A stretch of DNA of 64,000 nt, taken from Acetofilamentum sp. (lineage in GTDB: Bacteria; Hydrothermota; 32-111). Under the pieces are notes generated by a model that worked only from the letters and a program-made list of their open reading frames with translations, was not told where the DNA came from and did no database searches. A program made the position numbers and the translations under genes. Of the stretch, positions 28,338-38,404 are shown piece by piece. Numbering within the stretch: position 1 is the stretch's first letter; each line of letters starts with the position of its first letter. The stretch is taken from contig DYMB01000001.1 in the NCBI GenBank assembly GCA_020721805.1, positions 43,261-107,260 of the forward strand. Reading direction: 5' to 3'.

Positions 28338-28899
28338 AAGTAAAGTTAATATCTTTATAGATGAATCTTTTGCTTTTTCAACCTATGATCAACTTTTGAT
28401 CGATTTTAATATTTTTAAAGGAAAAGAGATTGATCCTTTGTGGATCGAAAATGTAAAAGAGGGAACGAAAATCTTTCAGATCAGGAAATATCTGTATAAT
28501 ATTTTTTCAAAAAAAAGATACACACAACAACAGATAAAAGATAAATTGATATCGAGAAATCTGGATAAAGCGACCGTGGAGAAATTTATAAATGAATTCA
28601 AAAAGAAAGGATTATTAAACGATGAAGAGTTTTTAAAGGATTATACGGAAAGTTTAAAAATGAAAGAAAAATTTTCAAAAAGAGAGATAATGATGAAACT
28701 TTATTCAAAATTTAGAATAGATCCTAACGATGATTCGATAAAAGGTTTACTTTCTGATTATGACGACAGGAAAATACTGATAAAAATATTTTCTCAAGAA
28801 AAGAAGATTGATAAAAGAATAATAGAAAAGTATTTAAGAAAAGGTTTTAACTATGATGACATAATGGATGTTCTGTTAAATTTAAAACAGGAGGGATAA
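28300..28899 (+). CDS. recX: RecA regulator RecX
   Basis: 199 aa helical-repeat protein directly downstream of recA. The start may be later than annotated, since it overlaps the recA 3' end. Confidence 0.65.
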   Translation: MIITKIERAKKNKSKVNIFIDESFAFSTYDQLLIDFNIFKGKEIDPLWIENVKEGTKIFQIRKYLYNIFSKKRYTQQQIKDKLISRNLDKATVEKFINEFKKKGLLNDEEFLKDYTESLKMKEKFSKREIMMKLYSKFRIDPNDDSIKGLLSDYDDRKILIKIFSQEKKIDKRIIEKYLRKGFNYDDIMDVLLNLKQEG

Positions 28900-28900
28900 A

Positions 28901-29815
28901 ATGGGTTTTATCATTTTTTTATTGATAGTTTCCATAATCATTTTTTTTGTTTTGGAGAACAGAGGTCTTTTACCCAATTTTATTAACAGGAAGAATATTA
29001 TAATTTTACTTGTTGCAATTTTTATATTAATAACCTTTCTAAATTCAATAAGGATAGTTCAACCCGGATATGTTGGTATACAGATTCTTTTTGGTCATCT
29101 TAACAAAAAAGTATTAAGAAATGGATTACACATAGTCTTTCCATTAATTCAGGTTAAAATGATGGATATCAGGATGAACGATTACACGATGTCGATAGCA
29201 AAAGAGGAGGGAGTAAAGAAGGGAGATGATGCGATCACCTCTTTAACAAAGGATGGGTTAACGATCGCGCTTGACATCACGATATGGTATAAACTAGATC
29301 CTGCGAAAGCTGCGGATGTTTATCAAAATATTGGAACCGATTATGTTCAGAAGATAGTTAGGCCTGCCATAAGAACGGCTATCAGGAATGCAACGGTTCG
29401 CTATTTTGTTTCCGAAATATTTTCAGAAAAAAGAGATGAACTTTCAAAAAAGATTTATGATGAACTTTTTTCCAGTTTATCCGAAAAGGGAATTATAGTT
29501 GACAAGGTTCTTCTTAGAAACATCGATCTTCCACAGAAAGTAAAGAATGCTGTAGATGAAAAGATAGCTGCCGAGCAGGAATCACAAAAGATGATTTATA
29601 TTTTAGAAAAGGAGAGAAAAGAGAAAGAAAGAAAACTCATAGAAGCCGAGGGTATAGCACAGGCTCAAAAAAAGATAACCGAATCTTTAAGTAAACAGTA
29701 TCTTCAATGGTACTATATTCAGAATCTGAAGGAACTTTTAAATACACAGAATTCAAAAGTGATCATTATGCCTTTCGATAAAAACTTAATTCCCCTTTTG
29801 AATCTAGGTGACTGA
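28901..29815 (+). CDS. SPFH/band-7 (stomatin/prohibitin-like) membrane protein
   Basis: 304 aa. N-terminal TM, SPFH core (RIVQPGYVGIQILFGHL ...), C-terminal coiled coil. Confidence 0.8.
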   Translation: MGFIIFLLIVSIIIFFVLENRGLLPNFINRKNIIILLVAIFILITFLNSIRIVQPGYVGIQILFGHLNKKVLRNGLHIVFPLIQVKMMDIRMNDYTMSIAKEEGVKKGDDAITSLTKDGLTIALDITIWYKLDPAKAADVYQNIGTDYVQKIVRPAIRTAIRNATVRYFVSEIFSEKRDELSKKIYDELFSSLSEKGIIVDKVLLRNIDLPQKVKNAVDEKIAAEQESQKMIYILEKERKEKERKLIEAEGIAQAQKKITESLSKQYLQWYYIQNLKELLNTQNSKVIIMPFDKNLIPLLNLGD

Positions 29816-31017
29816 TGATTTTCTGGATTAAAATTTTTCTAATATCACTGTTCATTGTTTTCTCTTTAAGGTTACGCTTTCCAATAGGCCTATCCTTGAT
29901 AATTTCATCTGTTTTGATAGGTATATTCTACTATCCCTCAATTGAAACCATCTTGAAACTTTTTGTTAAGTCGATATCCTCATACCCAACATTAAAGACG
30001 GTCTTAATAATATATTCCGTTCTTCTTTTAACAAATGTTGTAAAAAACAGAGGTATGGAAAATTTAGCGGATAATCTTCTTGAAATATTCAAAGATGCAA
30101 AATATGCTATAATTTTTTCCCCTATGATTGTTGGACTTTTACCTATGCTTGGTGGAGCACTTTTTACAGCGAGTATCGTCGATGAGATAGGTAAAAGGAT
30201 AGATTTAAAACCTGAAGAAAAAACCTTTATAAATTTCTGGTTTAGACACATATGGGAATACATCTGGCCATTGTATCCCGGATTGATACTTGTATCAACC
30301 ATAATGAATGTTCCAATAAAAAATATAATGAAACATCAGTTCTATCTTACCTTTATAGCCTTTTTTGTTGGTTTAATCTTTGTGAAAAGATTAAAAAGTT
30401 TTAAAATTGAAAGCAAAAAAAATATAAAAAAAACATTTTTCCAGATTTTTGATGGGTTCTTGCCAATAATCGTTATCGTTATGTTGATTTTTTTTACAAA
30501 TATAAAAGAGGAATTGATAATATTCTCTGTTTCGATTTTTTTTCTTCTCCTTCTGAAAATAAATTTTAAAAAAAAGATCTCTTTACTCTTCAAATCGTTT
30601 TCCATAGAGATAATTCTTCTTATAGTTGGAGTTATGATCTTTAAAGATTTTTTCTCAAATTCTGAGGCTATTAAACAAAATTTTCTGGCTCTCCAGAATA
30701 ATAAAGCTTTAGAATATGTTTTTTTGATTTTTTCCCCCCTGCTTGTAGGTTTTTTTACCGGTATAAATCAGGCATATGTTGGAATACTTTTACCTATGGT
30801 GGCTCCAATCATCTTAAACAATGGTAACATCGATTTTCAAAGGTTAACCCTTTTTTATGCATCAGGTTTTGTAGGTGTTCTATTATCACCGGTTCATCTT
30901 TGCCTATCTCTAACAAAAGAATACTTTAAAGCTGATTGGTTTAAAGTCTATAAAATTCTTTTACCTTCAACCATACCGATTCTATTGATACCATTGATAC
31001 TTGAAATAATCTTTTAA
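29815..31017 (+). CDS. Polytopic inner-membrane protein (DUF401-like)
   Basis: 400 aa with about 10 TM helices. Motif MIVGLLPMLGGALFTASIV. ATGA overlap with the SPFH gene. Confidence 0.4.
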   Translation: MIFWIKIFLISLFIVFSLRLRFPIGLSLIISSVLIGIFYYPSIETILKLFVKSISSYPTLKTVLIIYSVLLLTNVVKNRGMENLADNLLEIFKDAKYAIIFSPMIVGLLPMLGGALFTASIVDEIGKRIDLKPEEKTFINFWFRHIWEYIWPLYPGLILVSTIMNVPIKNIMKHQFYLTFIAFFVGLIFVKRLKSFKIESKKNIKKTFFQIFDGFLPIIVIVMLIFFTNIKEELIIFSVSIFFLLLLKINFKKKISLLFKSFSIEIILLIVGVMIFKDFFSNSEAIKQNFLALQNNKALEYVFLIFSPLLVGFFTGINQAYVGILLPMVAPIILNNGNIDFQRLTLFYASGFVGVLLSPVHLCLSLTKEYFKADWFKVYKILLPSTIPILLIPLILEIIF

Positions 31018-31130
31018 CGGGAGTTTTAAATGATAAAAAAAATTTATTTTCTTACCTTTTTATTTTTCTTTCCTCTTCTTTTAAAGAGGATCTTCATATT
31101 AAAAATGTAGTTTATAAAAACACGGACTCT

Positions 31131-31415
31131 ATGAATAAAAAGGATATAGAAGGATATATGTCAACAGTATATCCCGAAGATACACTTAAATTTAACTCAA
31201 CCAGAAGAACTATGCTTTATATTTTTAACTCTGTAGAATTGACAGCAAGGATAGATAGTTTTACAATCCTTAACAGATGGAAAGATAGTGTAAAGGTTCA
31301 AACAGTTATGTTTTTCAAATTAAATGATCGGGAGAAAGAAAAGGCTAAAATGACACATATTCTTGTGAAATATAAAGGAAAATGGTACATAAATAGTTCA
31401 CAGGTCATAGAGTAA
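31131..31415 (+). CDS. Small hypothetical protein (possible mature domain of a frameshifted secreted protein)
   Basis: 94 aa ORF. A separate 26-codon signal-peptide ORF starts at 31030 in another frame across an A8 tract (see findings). Confidence 0.4.
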   Translation: MNKKDIEGYMSTVYPEDTLKFNSTRRTMLYIFNSVELTARIDSFTILNRWKDSVKVQTVMFFKLNDREKEKAKMTHILVKYKGKWYINSSQVIE

Positions 31416-31417
31416 AT

Positions 31418-31445
31418 TTGACTTTTAAAAACTTTATGTTATAAT
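31418..31445 (+). promoter_or_regulatory. Consensus-like sigma70 promoter with extended -10 (TTGACT-N16-TGtTATAAT)
   Basis: TTGACT 31418-31423, TGT 31437-31439, TATAAT 31440-31445. The ATG of the radical-SAM gene is at 31454, only about 8 nt downstream, with no SD. Confidence 0.55.
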
Positions 31446-31453
31446 CACTTTTT

Positions 31454-32395
31454 ATGAAAAATAAACACATATTTGGTCCAGTGCCTTCACGAAGGCTGGG
31501 TTATTCTTTAGGTATAGATCTTGTCAAAAGGAAATATTGTTCCTATGATTGTATTTACTGCGAAGTTGGAAAGACTACCAATAAGATAATAGATAGAATA
31601 GATTTTGGAAACGATAAAATTATAGTTGAAGAATTGAAAACATTTCTAAACGATTATACTGGAAGAATCGATTGTATCACCTTTACAGGTTCTGGAGAGC
31701 CTACATTGAATGTGAAAATGGGATCCATATTGAACGAAGTAAAAAAAATTACAAAATTACCTGTAACACTTTTAACAAACGGATCTTTATTTTTCAGAGA
31801 GGATATAAGAAACGAGTCCATCAATTTTGATATAGTTATCCCTTCGCTTGATAGTGTTATCGAAGAAACTTTTATGCGGGTTAACAAACCCCATCGGGAC
31901 TTAAATCTATCAGAAATAATTAAAGGTTTAATAAAGTTTTCAAACGACTATAAAGGTAAAATATATCTTGAAATTTTACTTGTTAAAGGTTTCAACGATT
32001 CTGATGGTGATCTTTTGAATTTAAGAAAAATAGTTGAAAAAATGAGAGTCGATAAAATACAAATAAATACGGTTGTTAGGCCTCCAGCTTACAAAGAGGC
32101 AAAGCCAATAGATGAAAATGATAAACAGAGAATAAAAAATATTTTAGGTGATCTTGTGGAGTTGGATCTTGTTTTTTCTCAAAATAATATTGTTCAATCG
32201 AATTCTGGGAAAAAGGAAGTTACCGAACTTTTAAAAAGAAGGCCCTGCACTTTCGAGCAGATATCAATTTCACTTGGAATCGATGGGGAAAAACTAAAAA
32301 TTATACTTGATGAACTGCAGAAAGAAATGAAAGATAAATTGAAAGTGGATAAATTCGACGGAGAATTCTATTATAAGGTGGTAGGAAATGAATGA
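31454..32395 (+). CDS. Radical SAM enzyme (CxxxCxxC), unknown substrate
   Basis: 313 aa. N-terminus FGPVPSRRLGYSLGIDLV and a CSYDCIYC cluster (Cx3Cx2C), followed by a GSGEPT glycine-rich motif. Confidence 0.8.
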   Translation: MKNKHIFGPVPSRRLGYSLGIDLVKRKYCSYDCIYCEVGKTTNKIIDRIDFGNDKIIVEELKTFLNDYTGRIDCITFTGSGEPTLNVKMGSILNEVKKITKLPVTLLTNGSLFFREDIRNESINFDIVIPSLDSVIEETFMRVNKPHRDLNLSEIIKGLIKFSNDYKGKIYLEILLVKGFNDSDGDLLNLRKIVEKMRVDKIQINTVVRPPAYKEAKPIDENDKQRIKNILGDLVELDLVFSQNNIVQSNSGKKEVTELLKRRPCTFEQISISLGIDGEKLKIILDELQKEMKDKLKVDKFDGEFYYKVVGNE

Positions 32396-33509
32396 GGTCT
32401 TTATTTTTGTTTTTATCCTTTTGGTAACAAAAATCGTAAATGAAACATCATTAAGGTTAAAAATACCATCGGTTGTCGGTATAATTATAATAGGCATCAT
32501 TCTTGGACCAGTTTTAAATATAATAAAACTTGATAATACGATAGAATTTTTTTCCCAGATAAGTATTTTGTTCTTAATGTTTATGGCTGGTTTGGAGACT
32601 GATCTTGAAGGAATAAAAAAACAGGGAAAGACCTCTTTAATTGTAGCAACCTCTGGAGTGCTTGCTCCATTTCTTTTATCTTTTATTTTTCTTTTTCTAA
32701 ATTATGATTTTAAAACATCATACATTATAGGTCTAATACTAACTGCGACATCAGTATCGATAACTGTGATCACACTTCTCGAGTTGGGGAAATTGAACAC
32801 GAGAAGTGGTATAACTATTCTTGGGGCAGCTGTTATCGACGATATTTTAGGAATCCTTTTTATGACAATTTCTTTCATATTTCTATTTCACTCTGGAAAT
32901 TTTATTATTGTAATTTTAAAACTTTTGGTCCTTTTCCTCTTTATATATTTATTAAATACAGTTTTGTTAAAAAAATTTTTTACATATGTTTCATCTTTTA
33001 AAACTCCACAGATGGTTTTAAGTTTGGCTATCATCCTGATGCTCTTTTTATCATTTTTTTCTGAACAGATGGGCGTTGCTGGTATCACAGGAGCTTATAT
33101 AGCAGGTATCTCGATCTCCAGAACAAAATTTTCGAAGAGGATACTTGATGATTCCCATATAATAATCGATACGATCTTTATATCATTCTTTTTTTTCGTC
33201 GTTGGATTAAAAACATCTTTGAGTTTAAAAGATTTCAATTTACTTTTTACAATACTGTTGACAATTATTTCGATATTTTCAAAAGTTATTGGGTGCGGTC
33301 TGCCAAGTTATTTTAACGGGTTAACATGGGAAGAATCTCTAAAGGTAGGTGTTGGAATGATTCCGAGAGGAGAGGTTGGCCTTGTTATCGCTATCATAGC
33401 GCTTTCGAGAGGATATATCGATCAAATAATTTATAACGGATTCGTAGTGATGATTTTACTTACAACTATTTTAACACCCATCTGGTTAAATTATCTATAT
33501 AAAAGATAG
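32388..33509 (+). CDS. Cation:proton antiporter (CPA2/NapA-KefB-like Na+/H+ exchanger)
   Basis: 373 aa with 10-12 TM helices. Motifs GIIIIGIILGPVLN, LFLMFMAGLETDL, AAVIDDILGI. Confidence 0.8.
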   Translation: MNEVFIFVFILLVTKIVNETSLRLKIPSVVGIIIIGIILGPVLNIIKLDNTIEFFSQISILFLMFMAGLETDLEGIKKQGKTSLIVATSGVLAPFLLSFIFLFLNYDFKTSYIIGLILTATSVSITVITLLELGKLNTRSGITILGAAVIDDILGILFMTISFIFLFHSGNFIIVILKLLVLFLFIYLLNTVLLKKFFTYVSSFKTPQMVLSLAIILMLFLSFFSEQMGVAGITGAYIAGISISRTKFSKRILDDSHIIIDTIFISFFFFVVGLKTSLSLKDFNLLFTILLTIISIFSKVIGCGLPSYFNGLTWEESLKVGVGMIPRGEVGLVIAIIALSRGYIDQIIYNGFVVMILLTTILTPIWLNYLYKR

Positions 33510-33521
33510 AAAGGAGAAAAA

Positions 33522-33869
33522 ATGTTTTTCATGATAATCCTTTTATACAAAGAAGAATACTATGAGGATCTACTGAATTCGCTTGTTGAAAGCGGAATAA
33601 ACGATTCATTTGTAATTGAAGGTCAAACTATAAATCAGGCGGTAAATATAAATCTTCCAATTTTTTCAGGTTTAAAGTATAGGTTTAAAGATTCCGAGCG
33701 CTATTCAAAAATAATCTTTTCTACTATTAAAGATAAAAACCAATTCGATTATTTTATAAATGTTTTCAAAGATTACAAGATCGATTTAAACAAGGAAGAA
33801 GTGATCAGAATTTATATTTTAAAACTCGATTCGGTTTTTGGGAAAGATGAGGAGTTTAAAATTGAATAA
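33522..33869 (+). CDS. Small hypothetical protein (possible P-II-like alpha/beta fold)
   Basis: 115 aa. Secondary-structure pattern beta (MIILLY), alpha (EDLLNSLVESGI), beta (SFVIEGQ). No confident family. Confidence 0.35.
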   Translation: MFFMIILLYKEEYYEDLLNSLVESGINDSFVIEGQTINQAVNINLPIFSGLKYRFKDSERYSKIIFSTIKDKNQFDYFINVFKDYKIDLNKEEVIRIYILKLDSVFGKDEEFKIE

Positions 33870-35073
33870 AAATTTCTATATTTTATTTTTTTTAATTCTG
33901 GCAATACCGATTTTTATTTTTCCTTTCATTCTATCTGAAGAATTCGATTCAGAATATATTATAGATGATTTTTGTGCAGATTTTTTGAACGATCAATTTA
34001 ACGATTTGATTTTTAAAGAGAATTTTATAATGATTTCCGGAGGATGCTATAACATCGAACAACTTGCTATAAGATCTTTGCTCAAATTGAAGGTCCCGGT
34101 ATCGGAAAGGATAGATTTTGAACTCATCAATATCTATTACGATGATTTTGAATTTCATCCTAAAATATTCGAATATGGATTAACATTCAATATAAAAAAG
34201 TTTTTTTCAATTGGTTTTTTAGCCAATCCGACCTTTTATAAAAAAGATTCAGATTTCACATTAAATTTTGATTTTAATGGTTTTAACACTAAAAACAGGG
34301 TCTCCTTTACCCTTGAAAATTTTGACAACAACTATTCGCACAAAAATTGGAATGAAAAGTTTTTAGAAAGACCGAGAATTTATGAAAATTATCCATTATT
34401 GTTTACCTTCACTTCTGCCGGTAAACTCAAAGATTTAAATTTTTTTACATTTTACAGAAAAAAATTTTATACAAAAGAGAATCACTATTACTATTCTCTG
34501 GAAGATACAGTTTGGGATTTTTCTGTTGATACAAGTTATGATTATCTATTCACACAGTTATTCTTTCAAAAGAAGAAAAATGAGAATGTTCTCTCAACAG
34601 GACTCAGATTTACAATTTTAAATTTATTGAATAACCTCTATACACATCAGGATACTTTAACTGAATATGATAAAAGGTTTAAAATATCGTATTTTCTTTC
34701 CTCCAAAAAAAAGAATCATATTTTTAATTTCGCGTATGAGAGGGAAATAAGAGATATAATCGATATATTGAAAAAGGACTCCTATCTGGTTTCTTTTGGA
34801 TATAGTTTTTCAAAAGATTTTTATACTATAGATTTATGGGAGATAATTTCCAATCTTGATAGAGAATTAACCGATAGACCCAATTATAATTCATTTCAAT
34901 CAAGAATTTTATTATCCTTAAAGTTTAAAATCAAAGAAAATACATATTTTGTTGCAAGAAAAGGATTTGAAAGCGATATCAGGGATATAAAAAAAGGCGG
35001 AAGATATTTTTGGTATGATAAAATGTATGTTCAATTTTATTCCGATTTTGATATTTTTTTAAAAAGGAAATAG
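33838..35073 (+). CDS. Hypothetical secreted protein, Phe/Tyr/Asn-rich (possible outer-membrane protein)
   Basis: 411 aa. Signal-peptide-like FYILFFLILAIPIFIFPF, with aromatic-rich alternating segments. Confidence 0.4.
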   Translation: MGKMRSLKLNKNFYILFFLILAIPIFIFPFILSEEFDSEYIIDDFCADFLNDQFNDLIFKENFIMISGGCYNIEQLAIRSLLKLKVPVSERIDFELINIYYDDFEFHPKIFEYGLTFNIKKFFSIGFLANPTFYKKDSDFTLNFDFNGFNTKNRVSFTLENFDNNYSHKNWNEKFLERPRIYENYPLLFTFTSAGKLKDLNFFTFYRKKFYTKENHYYYSLEDTVWDFSVDTSYDYLFTQLFFQKKKNENVLSTGLRFTILNLLNNLYTHQDTLTEYDKRFKISYFLSSKKKNHIFNFAYEREIRDIIDILKKDSYLVSFGYSFSKDFYTIDLWEIISNLDRELTDRPNYNSFQSRILLSLKFKIKENTYFVARKGFESDIRDIKKGGRYFWYDKMYVQFYSDFDIFLKRK

Positions 35074-35074
35074 T

Positions 35075-36337
35075 ATGGATAAATTTGTAATAAAAGGCGG
35101 TATAAAACTTTCAGGTGAACTAAACACTTCTGGTTCGAAAAATTCTTCCTTACCCATAATGGTTGCAGCACTTCTTGCAAAAGGAAGAACCGTTATCAGA
35201 AATGTTCCGGATGTTAACGATGTGAAACATATGATAAAGGTTCTTGAATATCTCAAAGTTAGGGTTAAATTCAATAAAAATATTTTAACGATAGATGTTC
35301 CCAAAAAACTTGGTTATATCGCTCCCTACAATTTTGTTAGGAAAATGAGAGCATCCTATTATGTTATGGGTGCTTTGATCGGAAGAGAGGGAAAAGTTGA
35401 TGTTTCTCTACCTGGTGGGTGTGCCATCGGTGAAAGGCCAATAGATCTTCATCTTAAAGGTTTCAGAGAACTTGGATGTGATATTAAACTTGAAAAAGGT
35501 TATGTCAAAGCGAGATGTAAAAAATTGAAAGGTAAAGAACTTTTTCTTCAGGGAACAAAGGGAAGTTCCGTTGGTGCAACGATAAATGTTATGATGGCGG
35601 CAGTTCTTTCTGAAGGTATTACAATTATAAAGGGAGCAGCAGTTGAACCCGAAGTTTCCGATGTCGCCAATTTTCTAAACTCAATGGGAGCAAAAATAAG
35701 TGGTATAGACACACCGGTATTAAAGATAGAGGGAGTTGAAAATTTAAAACCTACAGAATATACCGTTATACCAGATAGAATAGAAGCAGGGACATTACTC
35801 GTTGCTTCGGTGATAACCGGGGGTGAATTGTTTTTAAAAAAATGTAATCCGTCCCATATGCATGTTGTACTGGAAAAATTGAAAGAGATCGGTTATAAAA
35901 TTGAAATCGGCAAAGATAACATTTACATTAAATCATCAAAGTATTTAAAACCTGTTAATATAAATGTGTTACCCTATCCTTTCTTTCCTACCGATATGCA
36001 GGCTCAATTCATATCTCTTTTATCTCTTGTTGATGGTATATCGATAGTTTCAGAAAATATTTTTGAAAAGAGATTTATGCATGTACCGGAACTTATCAGA
36101 ATGGGGGCGGATATAACCATAGAATCGAATAAAGCGATAATAAAGGGTGTTAAAAAGTTATATGGTGCTCCAGTTATGGCATCCGATTTAAGAGCATCGG
36201 CAGCGCTCGTGCTTGCGGCTATTGCCGCTTCAGGTGAGAGTGAAATAAGAAGGATATATCATCTCGATAGAGGTTATGAGTCCATAGAAAAGAAATTGAG
36301 AAAAATAGGAGCAAAGATAAAAAGGGTTAAAGAATGA
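35075..36337 (+). CDS. murA: UDP-N-acetylglucosamine 1-carboxyvinyltransferase
   Basis: 420 aa. KFVIKGGIKLSGELNTSGSKNSSLPIMVAALLA, with the catalytic Cys in PGGCAIGERPIDLH. Confidence 0.95.
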   Translation: MDKFVIKGGIKLSGELNTSGSKNSSLPIMVAALLAKGRTVIRNVPDVNDVKHMIKVLEYLKVRVKFNKNILTIDVPKKLGYIAPYNFVRKMRASYYVMGALIGREGKVDVSLPGGCAIGERPIDLHLKGFRELGCDIKLEKGYVKARCKKLKGKELFLQGTKGSSVGATINVMMAAVLSEGITIIKGAAVEPEVSDVANFLNSMGAKISGIDTPVLKIEGVENLKPTEYTVIPDRIEAGTLLVASVITGGELFLKKCNPSHMHVVLEKLKEIGYKIEIGKDNIYIKSSKYLKPVNINVLPYPFFPTDMQAQFISLLSLVDGISIVSENIFEKRFMHVPELIRMGADITIESNKAIIKGVKKLYGAPVMASDLRASAALVLAAIAASGESEIRRIYHLDRGYESIEKKLRKIGAKIKRVKE

Positions 36338-37383
36338 ATTCAAAAAAAGTTGTTTTTGTAAAAGATGTTCCAGTGGGTGGTAAATATCCGGTTGTAATTC
36401 AATCGATGACAAATACAAAAACTGAAGATTACAAAGGGACGATGGAACAGATAAGGGAACTTTACAAAAGAGGCGCACAGCTTGTTCGTGTATCTTTTCC
36501 AGATGTCAACTGTCAGGATTCTTTTAAAAAAATCGTTAAAGATTCTCCCTGCCCAATAATAGCGGATATTCATTTTGATCATAAACTCGCATTGTTAGCT
36601 ATCAAGTTGGGTGCATCAAAGATAAGAATCAATCCTGGAAACATTTCGAAAAAAAATTTAATTGAGATAATCAAAGCTGCTAAAGAGAATAATGTCCCCA
36701 TAAGGATAGGAGTAAATGGAGGTTCACTTGAAAAGGATGTTTTAAAAAAATTTAAATATCCCTCACCAGATGCATTATATGAATCTTTAAAATTGTCCAT
36801 TGAGTTTTTTCTCGAAAACGATTTTGATAATATCGTTCTTTCCATAAAATCCTCAGATGTTGTTGATATGATAGAGTCAAATCTGAAATTGAAAAATTTA
36901 CCTTTCCCTGTTCACCTTGGAGTAACGGAAGCTGGAGGTCTTTTAAGGGGGTCTGTAAAAAATTCTATAGGTATATCCTATCTTCTTTTAAACAACATAG
37001 GTGATACGATAAGGATATCGATTTCGGATTCTCCACTCTATGAGGTTGATATTGCCAAAATGGTTCTTTCATCTTTGCATATTTCATCAAATTTTCCCGA
37101 TATAGTCTCTTGCCCAACATGTAGTAGAACCACTTTTAATGTCATATCTATCCAGAAAGATGTAGAAAAACTTGTTGAAAATTTTAAAGGGAAAATTAAA
37201 ATTGCTATAATGGGATGCGTTGTAAATGGACCAGGTGAAGCAAAAGATGCAGATATAGGTATAACCGGTTCAGGTGTAAACGGTGTTCTATTTAAAAAAG
37301 GCAGGATAGTTAAGACCGGACCTATTAACGAAATAATCAAGTCCTTTTATGAAGAAATAAAAAATTATGGAAAACAAAATTAA
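36334..37383 (+). CDS. ispG: 4-hydroxy-3-methylbut-2-enyl diphosphate synthase (GcpE)
   Basis: 349 aa. VGGKYPVVIQSMTNTKT, RINPGN and the C-terminal CPTCSRT ... GCVVNGPGE Fe-S cysteines. Confidence 0.95.
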   Translation: MNSKKVVFVKDVPVGGKYPVVIQSMTNTKTEDYKGTMEQIRELYKRGAQLVRVSFPDVNCQDSFKKIVKDSPCPIIADIHFDHKLALLAIKLGASKIRINPGNISKKNLIEIIKAAKENNVPIRIGVNGGSLEKDVLKKFKYPSPDALYESLKLSIEFFLENDFDNIVLSIKSSDVVDMIESNLKLKNLPFPVHLGVTEAGGLLRGSVKNSIGISYLLLNNIGDTIRISISDSPLYEVDIAKMVLSSLHISSNFPDIVSCPTCSRTTFNVISIQKDVEKLVENFKGKIKIAIMGCVVNGPGEAKDADIGITGSGVNGVLFKKGRIVKTGPINEIIKSFYEEIKNYGKQN

Positions 37384-38404
37384 AATCATTCAAAATTTCT
37401 TAAAAACTAAAGAGATGATTCTTGTTGACAATCCTGAAGAGGTGTTCGACTTACTTGAAGAAAATTATTCTTTCAATTTTGCTGAGTATGAAGCTAATCT
37501 GTTGATAGGAAAAGAAAAAGTTTTTTTGATAACCGATTTTCTTCTTTATCCAATGGTAAAAAATCTTAAGAATATTAATATTTTAAAGGGTGATACCGTA
37601 GAATATTTGAAAAACGGAAAAATATTTTTAAAAGAATGGATTCAAGTATTGAAAAGCGAAAATATAACAAGAGTTGGCTTGGTGAACATATCCCTTTCGG
37701 TTTTTTTGAAAGATTTTATTACTTTTAAATTTATTACTCCTTCGAAAACATTGGGAAGTATAAAGACCGATAAAGAACTTTTAAAAATTAAAAATATACT
37801 TAAGAGAATGAATGAAATTTTTGAAAATGTTGAAAAATTTTTAAAGAAAGGGATAAAAGATATTGAGTTAAGAAATTATATAGATATTTTGATATACAGG
37901 GATGGTTTCAAAAGGTATCTTCCAACATATGTTGGTTTCAATCCTAAAACTATCTACCCGACTTTAAACGGTGATATTCTAAAAAATAATCAAATCGTAT
38001 TGATAGATATAGGGATTATGAAGGATGGTGCTGGTTTTTCACTTTCAAAAACCTTTACTTCTGTTAAAATTTCAAAAAGCAAAGAAAATTTTTTAAAAAT
38101 CGTTAAGGACGGAATCGAAGTTCTCTTGTCCGGTCTTTTGAAAAATGACAGCATAAAGGAGAGTGAGAATGCTTATAGAAACTACCTGAAATCCCATAAT
38201 CTTGATAGTATGTCTATGGAATATGGATTCTCCTATCTATCCTGCGCTGGTAGTGGTGAAGTCAACACTTTTATTACGGAAAGAAAAGTAAAGGATGGCG
38301 AGATATTCAAACTTACTTCTTCAGTTTTCCTTCCTTCAAAATATGGTGCGAGATTTGAAAAACTTTATATCAAAAACAAAAATAATTATGAAGAGATACT
38401 TTAA
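37367..38404 (+). CDS. M24 (pita-bread, creatinase/prolidase-like) fold protein apparently lacking metal ligands
   Basis: 345 aa. Creatinase_N-like N-domain. The C-domain IKTDKELLKIKNILKRMNEIFE ... VLIDIGIMKDGAGFSLSKTF is colinear with M24 peptidases, but the conserved His/Glu metal ligands are not evident. Confidence 0.4.
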   Translation: MENKIKIIQNFLKTKEMILVDNPEEVFDLLEENYSFNFAEYEANLLIGKEKVFLITDFLLYPMVKNLKNINILKGDTVEYLKNGKIFLKEWIQVLKSENITRVGLVNISLSVFLKDFITFKFITPSKTLGSIKTDKELLKIKNILKRMNEIFENVEKFLKKGIKDIELRNYIDILIYRDGFKRYLPTYVGFNPKTIYPTLNGDILKNNQIVLIDIGIMKDGAGFSLSKTFTSVKISKSKENFLKIVKDGIEVLLSGLLKNDSIKESENAYRNYLKSHNLDSMSMEYGFSYLSCAGSGEVNTFITERKVKDGEIFKLTSSVFLPSKYGARFEKLYIKNKNNYEEIL

